Origin: Pseudomonadota bacterium
GTDB lineage: Bacteria; Desulfobacterota; Anaeroferrophillalia; Anaeroferrophillales; Tharpellaceae
DNA: 41,583 nt
Direction: 5' to 3'
Assembly: GCA_015486505.1 (NCBI GenBank)
Contig: WFRP01000125.1
Span: forward strand, 1 to 41,583
Part shown: positions 9,392-18,892 of the stretch, one piece after another
Layout of the letters: the number at the start of each line of letters is the position of its first letter
How positions within the stretch are numbered: the stretch's first letter is position 1
Notes under the pieces: model-generated
Database searches by the model: none
What the model was told of the DNA's origin: nothing
Seen by the model: only the letters and a program-made list of their open reading frames with translations
Program-made: the position numbers and the translations under genes

Positions 9392-10920
9392 ACCGTTACC
9401 TGGGGACGGTTGCGTTTTTTGTATTCAAGTTTGTTAAGCGCGTTCATATAGGCCCTGGCGCTGGCGACGACGACACAGGTATGCGCCCCCTGCCCCATTA
9501 CCGTCAGGCCCGCTTCCTTAATCCTGACGGTAACCTCACCCAGCGCGTCCGTCCCCCCTGTAATTGATTTAACCTCATAAGTCAAGAGCCGGCTTTGGGT
9601 ATCGGTTAACCGTTTAATCGTCTTGAAAACCGCGTCAATCGCCCCGTCCCCGAATTCAGCGCCGTGAATTGTCTCACCTCCAATCTCAATCTCCAAAGTA
9701 GCGCTCGGCATCGCCACGGTGCCGCTGTTGACACTGACGAAATTAAGTTTGTAATAGTGGGGAATGCGGATGATCTCATCGGCAATCAACGCGTCGATAT
9801 CCTCGTCAAAAATCTCTTTTTTCTTATCGGCCAGTTTTTTGAACGCGACAAAGGCGGTTTCAATCTGCTCCGAATCAAGTTCGTAACCTAAATCAATAAT
9901 TTTATCCTGAAAGGCGTGGCGGCCGGAGTGTTTGCCCATAACCAGACTGTTCTGCGACAGGCCGATCGATTCCGGTGTCATAATTTCATAGGTCTCTTTA
10001 TTTTTCAAAACCCCGTCCTGATGAATCCCGGCCTCATGCGCGAAAGCATTGGCCCCGACAATCGCCTTATTGGGCTGCACCCGAATCCCGGTCACCTGGC
10101 TTACAAGCCGGCTCGCGGGATAGATCTGCTGGGTAACGATATTGGTCGTATACTTAAGATTATCGGGCCGGGTTCTTAAAGCCATCACCAGCTCTTCCAA
10201 AGATGAATTACCGGCGCGCTCGCCGATACCGTTGATCGTACACTCGACCTGCCGGGCCCCGGCCTCAATCGCGGCGATTGAATTGGCGGTTGCCAGACCG
10301 AGATCATTATGACAATGCACCGAGATCACAACCCCGTCACCACCGTTCGGAAGGCGATTTTTAATCTCATCAATCATCGAGAAATATTCGCGCGGCACCG
10401 TATAACCGACCGTATCGGGAATATTAACGGTTTTGGCCCCGGCCTGAACCACGGCCGTTAAAATCCTGACCAGAAAATCGATGTCGCTGCGGGTCGCGTC
10501 TTCGGCGGAAAATTCAACATTCGAAGTCAAAGTCGAAGCATAGCGCACCGCGGCTACCGCCTGCTCCAGCACGGCATCGGCCTCCATCTGCAATTTATGT
10601 TTCATATGAATGGGCGAGGTCGCGATAAAGGTGTGAATCCGGGGGTCGGCCCCGCCTTTCAAGGCGGCCCAGGCCCGATCGATATCCTTTTGATTGGCCC
10701 GCGCCAGCCCGGCAATCTGGCACTCTTTTATATTATCACTGACCAGTTTAACCCCGGCAAAATCGCCCTCGGAAGCGATCGGAAAACCGGCCTCAATAAC
10801 GTCGACCCCGAGTTTCTCCAACTGCCGGGCCAAGAGTAATTTTTCTTCCACATTCATACTCGCCCCGGGTGATTGTTCGCCATCCCTTAAAGTTGTATCA
10901 AAGATCGTTATCCGGTCCAT
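9388..10920 (-). CDS. leuA: 2-isopropylmalate synthase
   Basis: IFDTTLRDGEQSPG, VHCHNDLG, NGIGERAGN, HEAGIHQDG; C-terminal regulatory domain; AGGAGG RBS. Confidence 0.97.
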   Translation of the reverse strand: MDRITIFDTTLRDGEQSPGASMNVEEKLLLARQLEKLGVDVIEAGFPIASEGDFAGVKLVSDNIKECQIAGLARANQKDIDRAWAALKGGADPRIHTFIATSPIHMKHKLQMEADAVLEQAVAAVRYASTLTSNVEFSAEDATRSDIDFLVRILTAVVQAGAKTVNIPDTVGYTVPREYFSMIDEIKNRLPNGGDGVVISVHCHNDLGLATANSIAAIEAGARQVECTINGIGERAGNSSLEELVMALRTRPDNLKYTTNIVTQQIYPASRLVSQVTGIRVQPNKAIVGANAFAHEAGIHQDGVLKNKETYEIMTPESIGLSQNSLVMGKHSGRHAFQDKIIDLGYELDSEQIETAFVAFKKLADKKKEIFDEDIDALIADEIIRIPHYYKLNFVSVNSGTVAMPSATLEIEIGGETIHGAEFGDGAIDAVFKTIKRLTDTQSRLLTYEVKSITGGTDALGEVTVRIKEAGLTVMGQGAHTCVVVASARAYMNALNKLEYKKRNRPQVTV

Positions 10921-10976
10921 CTTTTCCTCCTGATTAATTATTGTTGTCTGTCTGTCTTGTAACTATTTTCAACCTT

Positions 10977-11025
10977 AAACAAAAAATCCCCCTGAATTCT
11001 GCTTCTGAACTCAGGGGGATTTGCC
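10977..11025 (-). terminator. intrinsic terminator between pssA and leuA (candidate attenuator terminator)
   Basis: transcript AAAUCCCCCUGAGUUC-AGAAGCA-GAAUUCAGGGGGAUUU followed by UUUGUUU. Confidence 0.88.
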
Positions 11026-11130
11026 TATCTTGCGAAAATTTGAAGTCTGCCTTTAGTTGCTGTCTACCGACACACTCTTCTCTTCGGCCCCTTGAGTCCG
11101 TTTTTTTAGTAGTCCGGTTAGCTGTAGCAG
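10977..11130 (-). promoter_or_regulatory. candidate leucine-responsive attenuator using the pssA 3' end as leader
   Basis: CUG CUA CAG CUA ACC GGA CUA CUA codons, then GGACUCAAGGGG complementary (11/12) to the terminator 5' arm, then terminator, then leuA. Confidence 0.55.
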
Positions 11131-11805
11131 GAATTTAACCGGCCCGGAAAATGTGTAAATCAGAGCCAAAGCAAAAAGTGAGATCTGGGGCTCGGCCGCG
11201 ATTACGATAAAAATCACCGCCATCATTACCAAAGCGATAAAAGGGGCCCGGCCGTTGAAAACCGACTCCTTAAATGCCGGATATTTGACATTGCTAACCA
11301 TTAAAAAGGCCAGAACGTAGCAGAGAGCCAGCAGAACCACATTACTTTCAATGCCGGTGGCCCCGAGATGTTCACAGATCAGAACCGTAGTTGCCGCCAT
11401 ACTCGCCGCCGCCGGAATCGGCAGGCCGTTAAAAGTGCCTTTGTCGCTGCTTTCCGCCTGGATATTGTAACGCGCCAGACGCAAGGCCCCGCAGGCGACA
11501 AAAAGAAACGCCGCCAGCCAGCCGAGGCGGCCGTATGAGGAAAGACTCCAGAGAAAGATCAACAATGCCGGCGCCACGCCGAATGAAACCAGGTCGGCCA
11601 ACGAATCAAATTCCATCCCGAAACGGCTGGTCGCGTGCATCATCCGCGCAACCTTGCCATCCAGGATATCAAAAAGATTGGCGACAACCACCGCGGTCGC
11701 TGCCAACGCGAAATCACCCTTGATCGCGGCTATAATCGCATAAAAACCACAAAAAAGATTGCCCATGGTAAAGAGATTGGGCAGCAGATATACTCCGCGT
11801 ATCAT
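11053..11805 (-). CDS. pssA: CDP-diacylglycerol--serine O-phosphatidyltransferase
   Basis: LPNLFT.GNL, FDILDGKVAR, FG.EFDSLADLVSFGVAPA, ALRLARYN, F.GLPIP. Confidence 0.96.
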   Translation of the reverse strand: MIRGVYLLPNLFTMGNLFCGFYAIIAAIKGDFALAATAVVVANLFDILDGKVARMMHATSRFGMEFDSLADLVSFGVAPALLIFLWSLSSYGRLGWLAAFLFVACGALRLARYNIQAESSDKGTFNGLPIPAAASMAATTVLICEHLGATGIESNVVLLALCYVLAFLMVSNVKYPAFKESVFNGRAPFIALVMMAVIFIVIAAEPQISLFALALIYTFSGPVKFLLQLTGLLKKRTQGAEEKSVSVDSN

Positions 11806-11888
11806 GTCGGCCTCCTTCGGGGTGCAAGTATTCGGGGTGCAAACATTAAAGATGTTAAAACCATAATTTACACCGACAAAGTTTTCCT

Positions 11889-12134
11889 GTAACTACTCAG
11901 CCGAATCCGGGGTCGGGCGCGGTTCTTCTCCGCCAGGCGTTAAGATTTCTGTTTTTCCTTACGCTCGCTGCGCCCGCCTTGCAAAACTCGCTTACGCTCA
12001 AACAGTTGCAATGCTAATGGGCTCCCGCTCGCTTCCGAAAAACAACGAAATCGTTTCCGCAACCGCTTACGAAAAGCCACCCCCGCCCCTTCCAGAAGAT
12101 GGGGGGGGGGGGTAAAATTTGGCTGAATAGTTAC
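11889..12134. mobile_element. 246-bp non-autonomous element, family B (IS66-like MITE)
   Basis: TIRs GTAACTACTCAGCC / GGCTGAATAGTTAC; perfect 8-bp flanking duplication GTTTTCCT (11881-11888, 12135-12142); second copy in reverse at 41407. Confidence 0.88.
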
Positions 12135-12150
12135 GTTTTCCTTAACATAT

Positions 12151-12276
12151 TTAGTACCTTACAGGTTATTTTCTGCACCAAAAACAAGATTTAATAATCA
12201 GAAAATGTTCTGATAAGAGTACTTATTTGCGGGTCGCAAGGCTCCGTTTGGGTTGCGGGATCTGTTCCCGCATTAG
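12151..12276 (-). repeat. repeat family A, single copy
   Basis: reverse-complement unit flanked by TTAG on both sides; one flank contains the psd stop codon. Confidence 0.95.
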
Positions 12277-12941
12277 TCAACTATTGGCAAGTATCCAATA
12301 ACAGTCTCTCCGGCTTTAACCTGCTGGCCGACGGCAACATCAATTTCGGTATCCGGCGGTAGATAAAGATCGACCCTTGAGCCGAAACGAATCAGGCCGA
12401 AACGCTCACCTTTTTCGAGGCGGTCGTCAGGTTCGACAAAACAGACAATCCGCCGGGCAATCAGACCGGCAATCTGAGTAAAGGCGATCCGGCGCTTATG
12501 ATCATCCTCAATCACAACCATATTACGCTCATTTTCTTCCGCCGCCTTGTCGAGATTGGCGGAGAAAAATTTCCCCGCTTTATAGTGGATCGCCACAACC
12601 CGGCCGGCAGCCGGTGCGCGATTGACATGAACATTAAACACCGACATAAAAATACTGACTTTAATACTCTCTTTTATCCCGGCAAGCTCCGGCCCGTCAA
12701 CCTCGGCAACCGAAAGCACCCGGCCATCCGCGGGAGAAACCACCGCCCCCTCTTTCAGCGGGACGAAACGTTCAGGATCGCGAAAAAAAGCGCCGCAGAA
12801 AACCGCCAGCACCAGGGTTAACTTCCAGAGCCAGCCCCAGCCCAGAAGAAAAAAGATAATCGTTGCCAGGCCAAAACCAATCACCCAGCGATGACCTTCC
12901 GGGTGAACTTTATCCATAATCGGTAAACTGCTGAATTTCAC
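12273..12941 (-). CDS. psd: phosphatidylserine decarboxylase proenzyme (short type)
   Basis: FFRDPER, SPADG, SIFMSVFNVHVNRAP, QIAGLIARRI and FGSRVD self-cleavage motif. Confidence 0.95.
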   Translation of the reverse strand: MKFSSLPIMDKVHPEGHRWVIGFGLATIIFFLLGWGWLWKLTLVLAVFCGAFFRDPERFVPLKEGAVVSPADGRVLSVAEVDGPELAGIKESIKVSIFMSVFNVHVNRAPAAGRVVAIHYKAGKFFSANLDKAAEENERNMVVIEDDHKRRIAFTQIAGLIARRIVCFVEPDDRLEKGERFGLIRFGSRVDLYLPPDTEIDVAVGQQVKAGETVIGYLPIVD

Positions 12942-12953
12942 TTATTACTCCCT

Positions 12954-13970
12954 TTAGTTTTTTGCCTTATCGACCAACTTGTTTTTACCAATCCAACTCA
13001 TCATCGAACGGAGTTTCGCACCGACCGCTTCGATCTCGTGCTCGGCCCCATTCCGGGTCAAAGCGTTGAAAACCGGACGGTTGGCCTGATTTTCCAGAAT
13101 CCATTCCCGGGCAAACGAACCATCCTGAATCTCGGCCAGGATCTCGGCCATAGCTTCACGGCTCTCTTCATTGATAACCCGCGGCCCCCGGGTCAAGTCC
13201 CCGAACTGGGCCGTATTGCTGATTGAATAGCGCATATTACTGATTCCGCCCTCATAAATCAAGTCAACAATTAATTTCAATTCATGCAGGCATTCAAAAT
13301 AAGCCATCTCCGGAGCATAACCGGCATCGACCAGGGTTTCAAAACCGGCGCGAATCAACTCGGTCACGCCGCCGCAGAGCACCGCCTGCTCACCGAAAAG
13401 ATCGGTTTCGGTCTCTTCCCGGAAAGTGGTTTCAATAATCCCGGCCCGGCCGCCGCCGATGCCGCAGGCATAGGCCATCGCCAGTGCCCGGGTATCTCCG
13501 GCCGGGTCCTGATGCACGGCAATCAAAGTGGGAACCCCCATCCCCTGAGTATATTCATGCCGCACCAGATGGCCGGGGCCTTTCGGGGCCGCCATAAAAA
13601 CATTGACGCCCGCAGGCGGCGTAATCTGGCCGTAATGAATATTAAAGCCATGGGCGAAAGCCAGATAATCACCATCTTCAAGATTGGGGGCGATCTCTTC
13701 ATTATAAAGTTTAGCCTGGAGCTCATCGGGAACCAGAATCATTATTACCTGGGCCTGACGCACGGCTTCGGCGGTTTCAAACAGCGGCAGGCCACCGGTT
13801 TCCGCCTTCTGCCACGAAGGGCCGCCGCGACGCAGGCCAACGATCACATCAAAACCACTCTCTTTCAGGTTATGCGCATGGGCGTGACCCTGGCTGCCGT
13901 AACCGATAACCGCAATCTTTTTCCCCTGCAAAACCGCCGGATTGGAATCTTTTTCATAATAAAGCTGCAT
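12954..13970 (-). CDS. ilvC: ketol-acid reductoisomerase
   Basis: [42 protein letters not shown]; ATG 13970 follows an AGGGG RBS. Confidence 0.97.
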   Translation of the reverse strand: MQLYYEKDSNPAVLQGKKIAVIGYGSQGHAHAHNLKESGFDVIVGLRRGGPSWQKAETGGLPLFETAEAVRQAQVIMILVPDELQAKLYNEEIAPNLEDGDYLAFAHGFNIHYGQITPPAGVNVFMAAPKGPGHLVRHEYTQGMGVPTLIAVHQDPAGDTRALAMAYACGIGGGRAGIIETTFREETETDLFGEQAVLCGGVTELIRAGFETLVDAGYAPEMAYFECLHELKLIVDLIYEGGISNMRYSISNTAQFGDLTRGPRVINEESREAMAEILAEIQDGSFAREWILENQANRPVFNALTRNGAEHEIEAVGAKLRSMMSWIGKNKLVDKAKN

Positions 13971-14008
13971 AACATTTCCCCTTTTTTCTCTGTAAAAATT
14001 TAGTGTAA

Positions 14009-14219
14009 CTTCCCAGTAACGCCTTGTAACCACTTGAAATTATAAAATTTTTATCTGTGCCTATCCGTGTCCATCTCCATCTATGGTTCAACAAAAAAAT
14101 AGAAACCACAGATGAACGCAGATTAACACAGATTCAGTTCCTCTCACGTTACTTGTATATATGTGGCCGTGATAGCGGTCTGGGATGCTTCCAAGTAACG
14201 CCTTGCAAACACCTGAAAT
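14009..14219. repeat. 32-bp imperfect direct repeat pair (14009-14040, 14188-14219)
   Basis: CTTCCCAGTAACGCCTTGTAACCACTTGAAAT vs CTTCCAAGTAACGCCTTGCAAACACCTGAAAT, 28/32 identical. Confidence 0.8.
14053..14133. repeat. repeat family C: inverted arrays of a 10-bp unit (degenerate copy)
   Basis: ATCTGTGCCT ATCCGTGTCC ... ATCTATGGTT / AACCACAGAT GAACGCAGAT TAACACAGAT. Confidence 0.8.
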
Positions 14220-14351
14220 CAATCAAGTTTCACGAATTATCTAACATAGGTACAATCTGTCGAAACCTTTTTTGACCTCTTTTTTCTCACGTCTCCGCGC
14301 CTTTTGCGCGAGATAAAAGTAATTTTTGCGCAGAAGCTTTTAACCACGTCG

Positions 14352-14837
14352 TCAATTTTTGCCGTCGCGGGCCAGGGCAACCATACCGGTCCGTGACATC
14401 TCTTTAATCGCAAACGGCGCCAGCACTTCGAGTGCGGCTTCAATCTTCGCCCGTTCTCCGGTCAGCTCAACTATCAGTGAGCGCACCCCGAGTTCCAGGA
14501 CCCGACCCTGATAGACCTCAACCAGGCGCAGCAGTTCAAGCCGCTTGGGCCCGCTGTTAACGGCAAACTTAAGCAGCACCATCTCCCGGGACATCTGGAC
14601 CGACTCAGTCAATTCAACCACTTTTATCACATTGATCAATTTATTGAGCTGTTTGGTAATCTGCTCAATAATATGATCATCACCAATAGTAACAATGGTC
14701 ATATTGGAAATCGATTTATCTTCAGTTTCGGCGACGGTTAAACTTTCAATATTAAAGCCGCGGCCGCTGAAAAGGGAAGCGATGCGGGAGAGGACCCCGA
14801 ACTCATTCTCAACCAGAACACTGATAATATGTTTCAT
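14352..14837 (-). CDS. ilvN: acetolactate synthase small subunit
   Basis: MKHIISVLVENEFGVLSRIASLFSGRGFNIESL ACT domain; EQITKQLNKLINV; start set at ATG 14837. Confidence 0.95.
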   Translation of the reverse strand: MKHIISVLVENEFGVLSRIASLFSGRGFNIESLTVAETEDKSISNMTIVTIGDDHIIEQITKQLNKLINVIKVVELTESVQMSREMVLLKFAVNSGPKRLELLRLVEVYQGRVLELGVRSLIVELTGERAKIEAALEVLAPFAIKEMSRTGMVALARDGKN

Positions 14838-14850
14838 CTTAAAAAACCCC

Positions 14851-16548
14851 CTATACCAGCAACATATTCGAGATGGCTTCACCGGCAGGCACCATCGGAT
14901 AAACATTCTCTTCCGCCGCAACGACAATATCAACCACGACCGGCCCGGGATGAGCAAAAGCCTCTTTTAAGACCGGCTCAACCTCCGCCGGCCGGGTCGC
15001 CCGCAGGCCCAGCGCCCCGTAGGCATCCGCCAGCTTGACAAAATCAGGCGCGTGATCCATCGTTGTCGCCGAATAATGCTTGTCAAAAAAGAGTTCCTGC
15101 CATTGGCGCACCATTCCGAGATAGCCGTTATTTAAAATAATTACCTTAACCGGCAGATTATACTGCACCACGGTTGCCAGCTCCTGGCTGTTCATCTGGA
15201 TACTGCCGTCACCGGCGATATCAATTACCAGACGCTCCGGGAAAGCAACCTGGGCCCCCATCGCCGCCGGCAATCCGTAACCCATAGTCCCGAGGCCACC
15301 GGAAGTCAGCCAGCTGCGCGCCTGCGTAAAGGTAAAAAATTGCGCCGCCCACATCTGATTCTGGCCCACCTCGGTGCTGATAATCGGATTTTTACCGGCA
15401 GTTAATTCATCGATCTTTTCCACGACAAATTGCGGTTTGATAATCTCATCCTGCTGATAAGAGAGTTTATGCTGATCGCGCCAGCGGGCAATTTCTTCAA
15501 GCCAGGCATTATGGCCGGCACTGCAGGCTTTAGCCTTGGCCGGAGCCGACTTGACCAACTCCAGCATTTTACCGAGAACATCAGTGATATCACCGACGAT
15601 CGGAATATCGACATCGACATTCTTGCTGATCGAGGTCGGATCGATATCGACATGGATTATCTGGGCATCGGCGGCAAACTCATCAATCCGGCCGGTAACC
15701 CGGTCATCAAAACGGGCTCCTAAAGCGACCAGGACATCACTTTTGGTAACCGCCATATTGGCCCGATAGGTCCCATGCATCCCCAGCATCCCCAACGAAA
15801 GCGGGTCATCCTCCGGAAAAGCCCCAAGCCCCATCAGCGTGGTTGTTACCGGGATCTGCAAGGCCCGGGCAAGCTCCGTAAGTTCTCGCGCGGCATTGCC
15901 CAGAACCACGCCGCCGCCGACATAAAAAACCGGTTTTTCGGCCTTAAAAATTACCTCCATCGCCCGCTGAATCTGCCCGGGATGACCGGCATAATTAGGA
16001 TTATAGCCTTTAAGCTGAGGTTTGGTCGCGACTTTTTTAGCACATTTTCCAACAATCACATCTTTCGGCAGATCAATCAAGACCGGCCCCGGTCGGCCGC
16101 TGCCGGCGATATGAAAGGCCTCATTTATTATACGTTCAAGATCTTCAACCCGCTTAACGAGAAAATTATGTTTGGTACAAGGCCGGGTAATGCCGACAAT
16201 ATCGGCTTCCTGGAAGGCGTCATTGCCAATCAACGGCGTCGGCACCTGGCCGCTAAAAACCACCAGCGGAATCGAATCCATCGAAGCGGTCGCCAGCCCG
16301 GTAACCGTATTGGTCGCGCCCGGTCCGGAAGTCACCAGAGCGACCCCGATTTTACCGGTTGCCCGGGCATAGCCGTCAGCAGCATGCACGGCCGCCTGTT
16401 CGTGCCGCACGAGAAAATGACGGCAGGAGTAATCCGGCAGACAATCGTAAAGGTTAATTACCGCCCCCCCGGGATAACCGAAGATAACCTCGACTCCCTG
16501 CTCCTGCAAAACCTCAAGCAGTATCTGCGCTCCACTCATCTCTTTCAT
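14851..16548 (-). CDS. ilvB: acetolactate synthase large subunit
   Basis: [41 protein letters not shown] and GDGS...NN ThDP motif. Confidence 0.97.
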   Translation of the reverse strand: MKEMSGAQILLEVLQEQGVEVIFGYPGGAVINLYDCLPDYSCRHFLVRHEQAAVHAADGYARATGKIGVALVTSGPGATNTVTGLATASMDSIPLVVFSGQVPTPLIGNDAFQEADIVGITRPCTKHNFLVKRVEDLERIINEAFHIAGSGRPGPVLIDLPKDVIVGKCAKKVATKPQLKGYNPNYAGHPGQIQRAMEVIFKAEKPVFYVGGGVVLGNAARELTELARALQIPVTTTLMGLGAFPEDDPLSLGMLGMHGTYRANMAVTKSDVLVALGARFDDRVTGRIDEFAADAQIIHVDIDPTSISKNVDVDIPIVGDITDVLGKMLELVKSAPAKAKACSAGHNAWLEEIARWRDQHKLSYQQDEIIKPQFVVEKIDELTAGKNPIISTEVGQNQMWAAQFFTFTQARSWLTSGGLGTMGYGLPAAMGAQVAFPERLVIDIAGDGSIQMNSQELATVVQYNLPVKVIILNNGYLGMVRQWQELFFDKHYSATTMDHAPDFVKLADAYGALGLRATRPAEVEPVLKEAFAHPGPVVVDIVVAAEENVYPMVPAGEAISNMLLV

Positions 16549-16650
16549 AATCTTTCTCCTGAAATTAAATTAACCTTGACCCTGTCGAATCACTTGCGAA
16601 AATCACGGCAATCCTGAAATACTTCTCGCTAAAAAACACCTCACTAAAAA

Positions 16651-17697
16651 TCAAGGCAGCAATGAAACCGTTGTAAGCCCGGCTCTTTCCGGCAGGCCCA
16701 GCATTAGATTCATATTCTGCACCGCCTGCCCGGCGGCCCCTTTAACCAGGTTGTCGATTGCCGAAAATAAAATCAGGCTCTGTTTATCCGCGGCCAGCAC
16801 ATAGCCGATATCGCAATAGTTGCTGCCCCGAACCCCGTTTAAGGTCGGCAGGACACCGGCCGGCAGCAGCCGGACAAAGGTTTCCGCGGCATAAGCCTGA
16901 TGCAGAGCGTCTTCGATTTCAGCCGCAGTAACCTCCCGGGACAACGGCAGATAGATTGAAGAGAGAATCCCCCGGTTAACCGGCAGCAGATGCGGTACAA
17001 ACAGAAGTCGTGGAGCGCTGCCGGCAACCCGTTCAAGTTGTTCGACCATCTCCGGCTGATGCCGGTGGTTACCGGCTTTATAGGGTTTAAAGCTCTCATT
17101 AACTTCACAATAAAGTGAGCCCAGATTAAGGCCGCGGCCCGCCCCGCTGGTACCGGATTTGGCATCAATGACAATGGTTGCCTGACGTTCAATCAGATTA
17201 AGCGGCAAAATCGGCGCCAGCGGCAGAATGACACTGGTGGGATAGCAGCCGGGATTGCCGACAATCCGGGCTTGAGGAATTTCTGCGCGGAAAAGCTCCG
17301 GTAAACCATAAACCGCTTTTCCCAGCAATTCCGGCCGGGTATGCGGTTGATACCAGCTCTCGTAGAGCTTAAGATCGCGAAAACGGTAATCGGCACTTAA
17401 ATCAACCACTTTCTTCCCGGCCTGATAAAGTTCGGCCACAACCTCGATTGCGGCTTTATGCGGCAGCGCCGTAAAAACCAGATCGGCCATATCTGCAATC
17501 TTATCGACCTGATTATCAATAAATTTAAGCTCGACTATCTCCCGTAATGATGGGAAAAGCTCGGTTACGGCTACTCCGATATGCTGGCGCGAGGTAACCG
17601 CGGTCAACTCAACCCCGGGATGGCCCGCCAGAATTCGCATCAGCTCAACCCCGGTGTAACCACTGGCACCAATAATCGCTACTTTAGTTTTTGCCAC
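16651..17697 (-). CDS. argC: N-acetyl-gamma-glutamyl-phosphate reductase
   Basis: IIGASGYTG, DLSADYR, NPGCYPT, SGTSGAGR, IDNLVKGAAGQAVQ. Confidence 0.97.
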   Translation of the reverse strand: MAKTKVAIIGASGYTGVELMRILAGHPGVELTAVTSRQHIGVAVTELFPSLREIVELKFIDNQVDKIADMADLVFTALPHKAAIEVVAELYQAGKKVVDLSADYRFRDLKLYESWYQPHTRPELLGKAVYGLPELFRAEIPQARIVGNPGCYPTSVILPLAPILPLNLIERQATIVIDAKSGTSGAGRGLNLGSLYCEVNESFKPYKAGNHRHQPEMVEQLERVAGSAPRLLFVPHLLPVNRGILSSIYLPLSREVTAAEIEDALHQAYAAETFVRLLPAGVLPTLNGVRGSNYCDIGYVLAADKQSLILFSAIDNLVKGAAGQAVQNMNLMLGLPERAGLTTVSLLP

Positions 17698-17729
17698 AAT
17701 CTTCTCCTTATCCCACCTTCCCGGAAACG

Positions 17730-17760
17730 AAAAAAAGGAGACCGTTTTCGCGGCCTCCCT
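17730..17760 (-). terminator. intrinsic terminator after rpsI
   Basis: transcript GGAGGCCG-CGAAAA-CGGUCUCC followed by a U7 tract. Confidence 0.8.
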
Positions 17761-17792
17761 CTATTGTAAGTCTTTCTTTAACCAGATTCGAT

Positions 17793-18185
17793 TTAACGTT
17801 TCGAGAACTGGTAGCGAGCCCGGGCACCACGTTGACCGTATTTTTTACGCTCCTTAATTCGCGCATCACGGGCAAGAAAGCCAGCCTTTTTTAGGACGCC
17901 GCGGAGTTCGGGATCATACTCCTGCAGGGCTTTACTGATACCATGTTTAACCGCACCGGCCTGACCGGAAACCCCGCCGCCGATAACCTTGATCATAAAA
18001 TCAAACTTATTATTACATTCAGCTACGGCCAGCGGCTGAAAAACCATCTCCCGGGCAATATCCATAGTAAAATAGTCTTCAACGCTGCGGCCGTTAACCT
18101 TAATTTCGCCACTGCCCTCACTCAACCAAACCTTGGCGATAGCTGATTTTCTTTTTCCGGTCGCGTAAAACCTTGTCGCACTCAT
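17793..18185 (-). CDS. rpsI: 30S ribosomal protein S9
   Basis: YATGKRK, GGGVSGQAGA, ERKKYG...AR...QFSKR. Confidence 0.98.
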   Translation of the reverse strand: MSATRFYATGKRKSAIAKVWLSEGSGEIKVNGRSVEDYFTMDIAREMVFQPLAVAECNNKFDFMIKVIGGGVSGQAGAVKHGISKALQEYDPELRGVLKKAGFLARDARIKERKKYGQRGARARYQFSKR

Positions 18186-18277
18186 ATTAAAATCCTAAAT
18201 ATTAAAATCTTGAATTATTCTGACTGTTTATCAACTGATTATTAGCGTTAATGCCGCAGTTGAGTCTTTAATGTACC

Positions 18278-18706
18278 TTAAAGCTCTACGGCAACCGGGT
18301 TCTGGGCCTGATGGGCGTGTTCGGCCCCGGCATAAATCTTAAGTTTCTGAATCATTTTCCGACCCAGTTTATTCTTCGGCAACATACCTTTTACCGCGTT
18401 TTTGATAAGTTCAGTCGGATTCTTCTCCAGAAGTTCAGCCGCGGTGATGCCTTTGATACCTCCGGCATAACCAGTATAATGGTAATAGACCTTATCTTTA
18501 AGTTTGTTGCCGGTCAAACGGATATCAGCCGCGTTAACCACCACAACATAATCGCCGGTATCAACATGCGGGGTGTAAATCGCTTTGTTCTTGCCCCGCA
18601 GAATTGTCGCTATTTCACTAGCCAGACGTCCAAGAACCCGCCCCTGAGCATCAAACAAATGCCATTTCTGCTCAAATTCACCAGGTTTTGCCACATAAGT
18701 CTTCAT
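18278..18706 (-). CDS. rplM: 50S ribosomal protein L13
   Basis: [37 protein letters not shown]; start set at ATG 18706. Confidence 0.98.
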   Translation of the reverse strand: MKTYVAKPGEFEQKWHLFDAQGRVLGRLASEIATILRGKNKAIYTPHVDTGDYVVVVNAADIRLTGNKLKDKVYYHYTGYAGGIKGITAAELLEKNPTELIKNAVKGMLPKNKLGRKMIQKLKIYAGAEHAHQAQNPVAVEL

Positions 18707-18826
18707 CGGTTTTCTATTCTCCAGAAAAAACAGCCGGTCGCGTGATTCAATCACCTGCAACCGGTAAACTACCCAAATCCCCAAAGCCCGTCTTGAAAAA
18801 TCAGGGCAACAATTTTGAAAGGGCAC

Positions 18827-18855
18827 TTTTTAATACAGCCGCCACGCATTGTCAA
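18827..18855 (-). promoter_or_regulatory. putative sigma70 promoter of rplM-rpsI
   Basis: TTGACA-17 bp-TAAAAA followed by a GC-rich discriminator (GTGCCC). Confidence 0.55.
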
Positions 18856-18892
18856 GTTCTTTTTACCGGTTAGAGACATTTCGTTTAATGAA

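Noticed and set aside
13284-16617. Long antisense ORFs (e.g. 13284-14003, 15775-16617, 2153-2767)
   Set aside because: Shadow frames opposite well-supported genes, with no recognisable motifs
16549-16720. Similar embedded attenuator at the argC 3' end controlling ilvB
   Set aside because: Only one CUA, no Ile/Val/Leu cluster and no terminator hairpin in the gap
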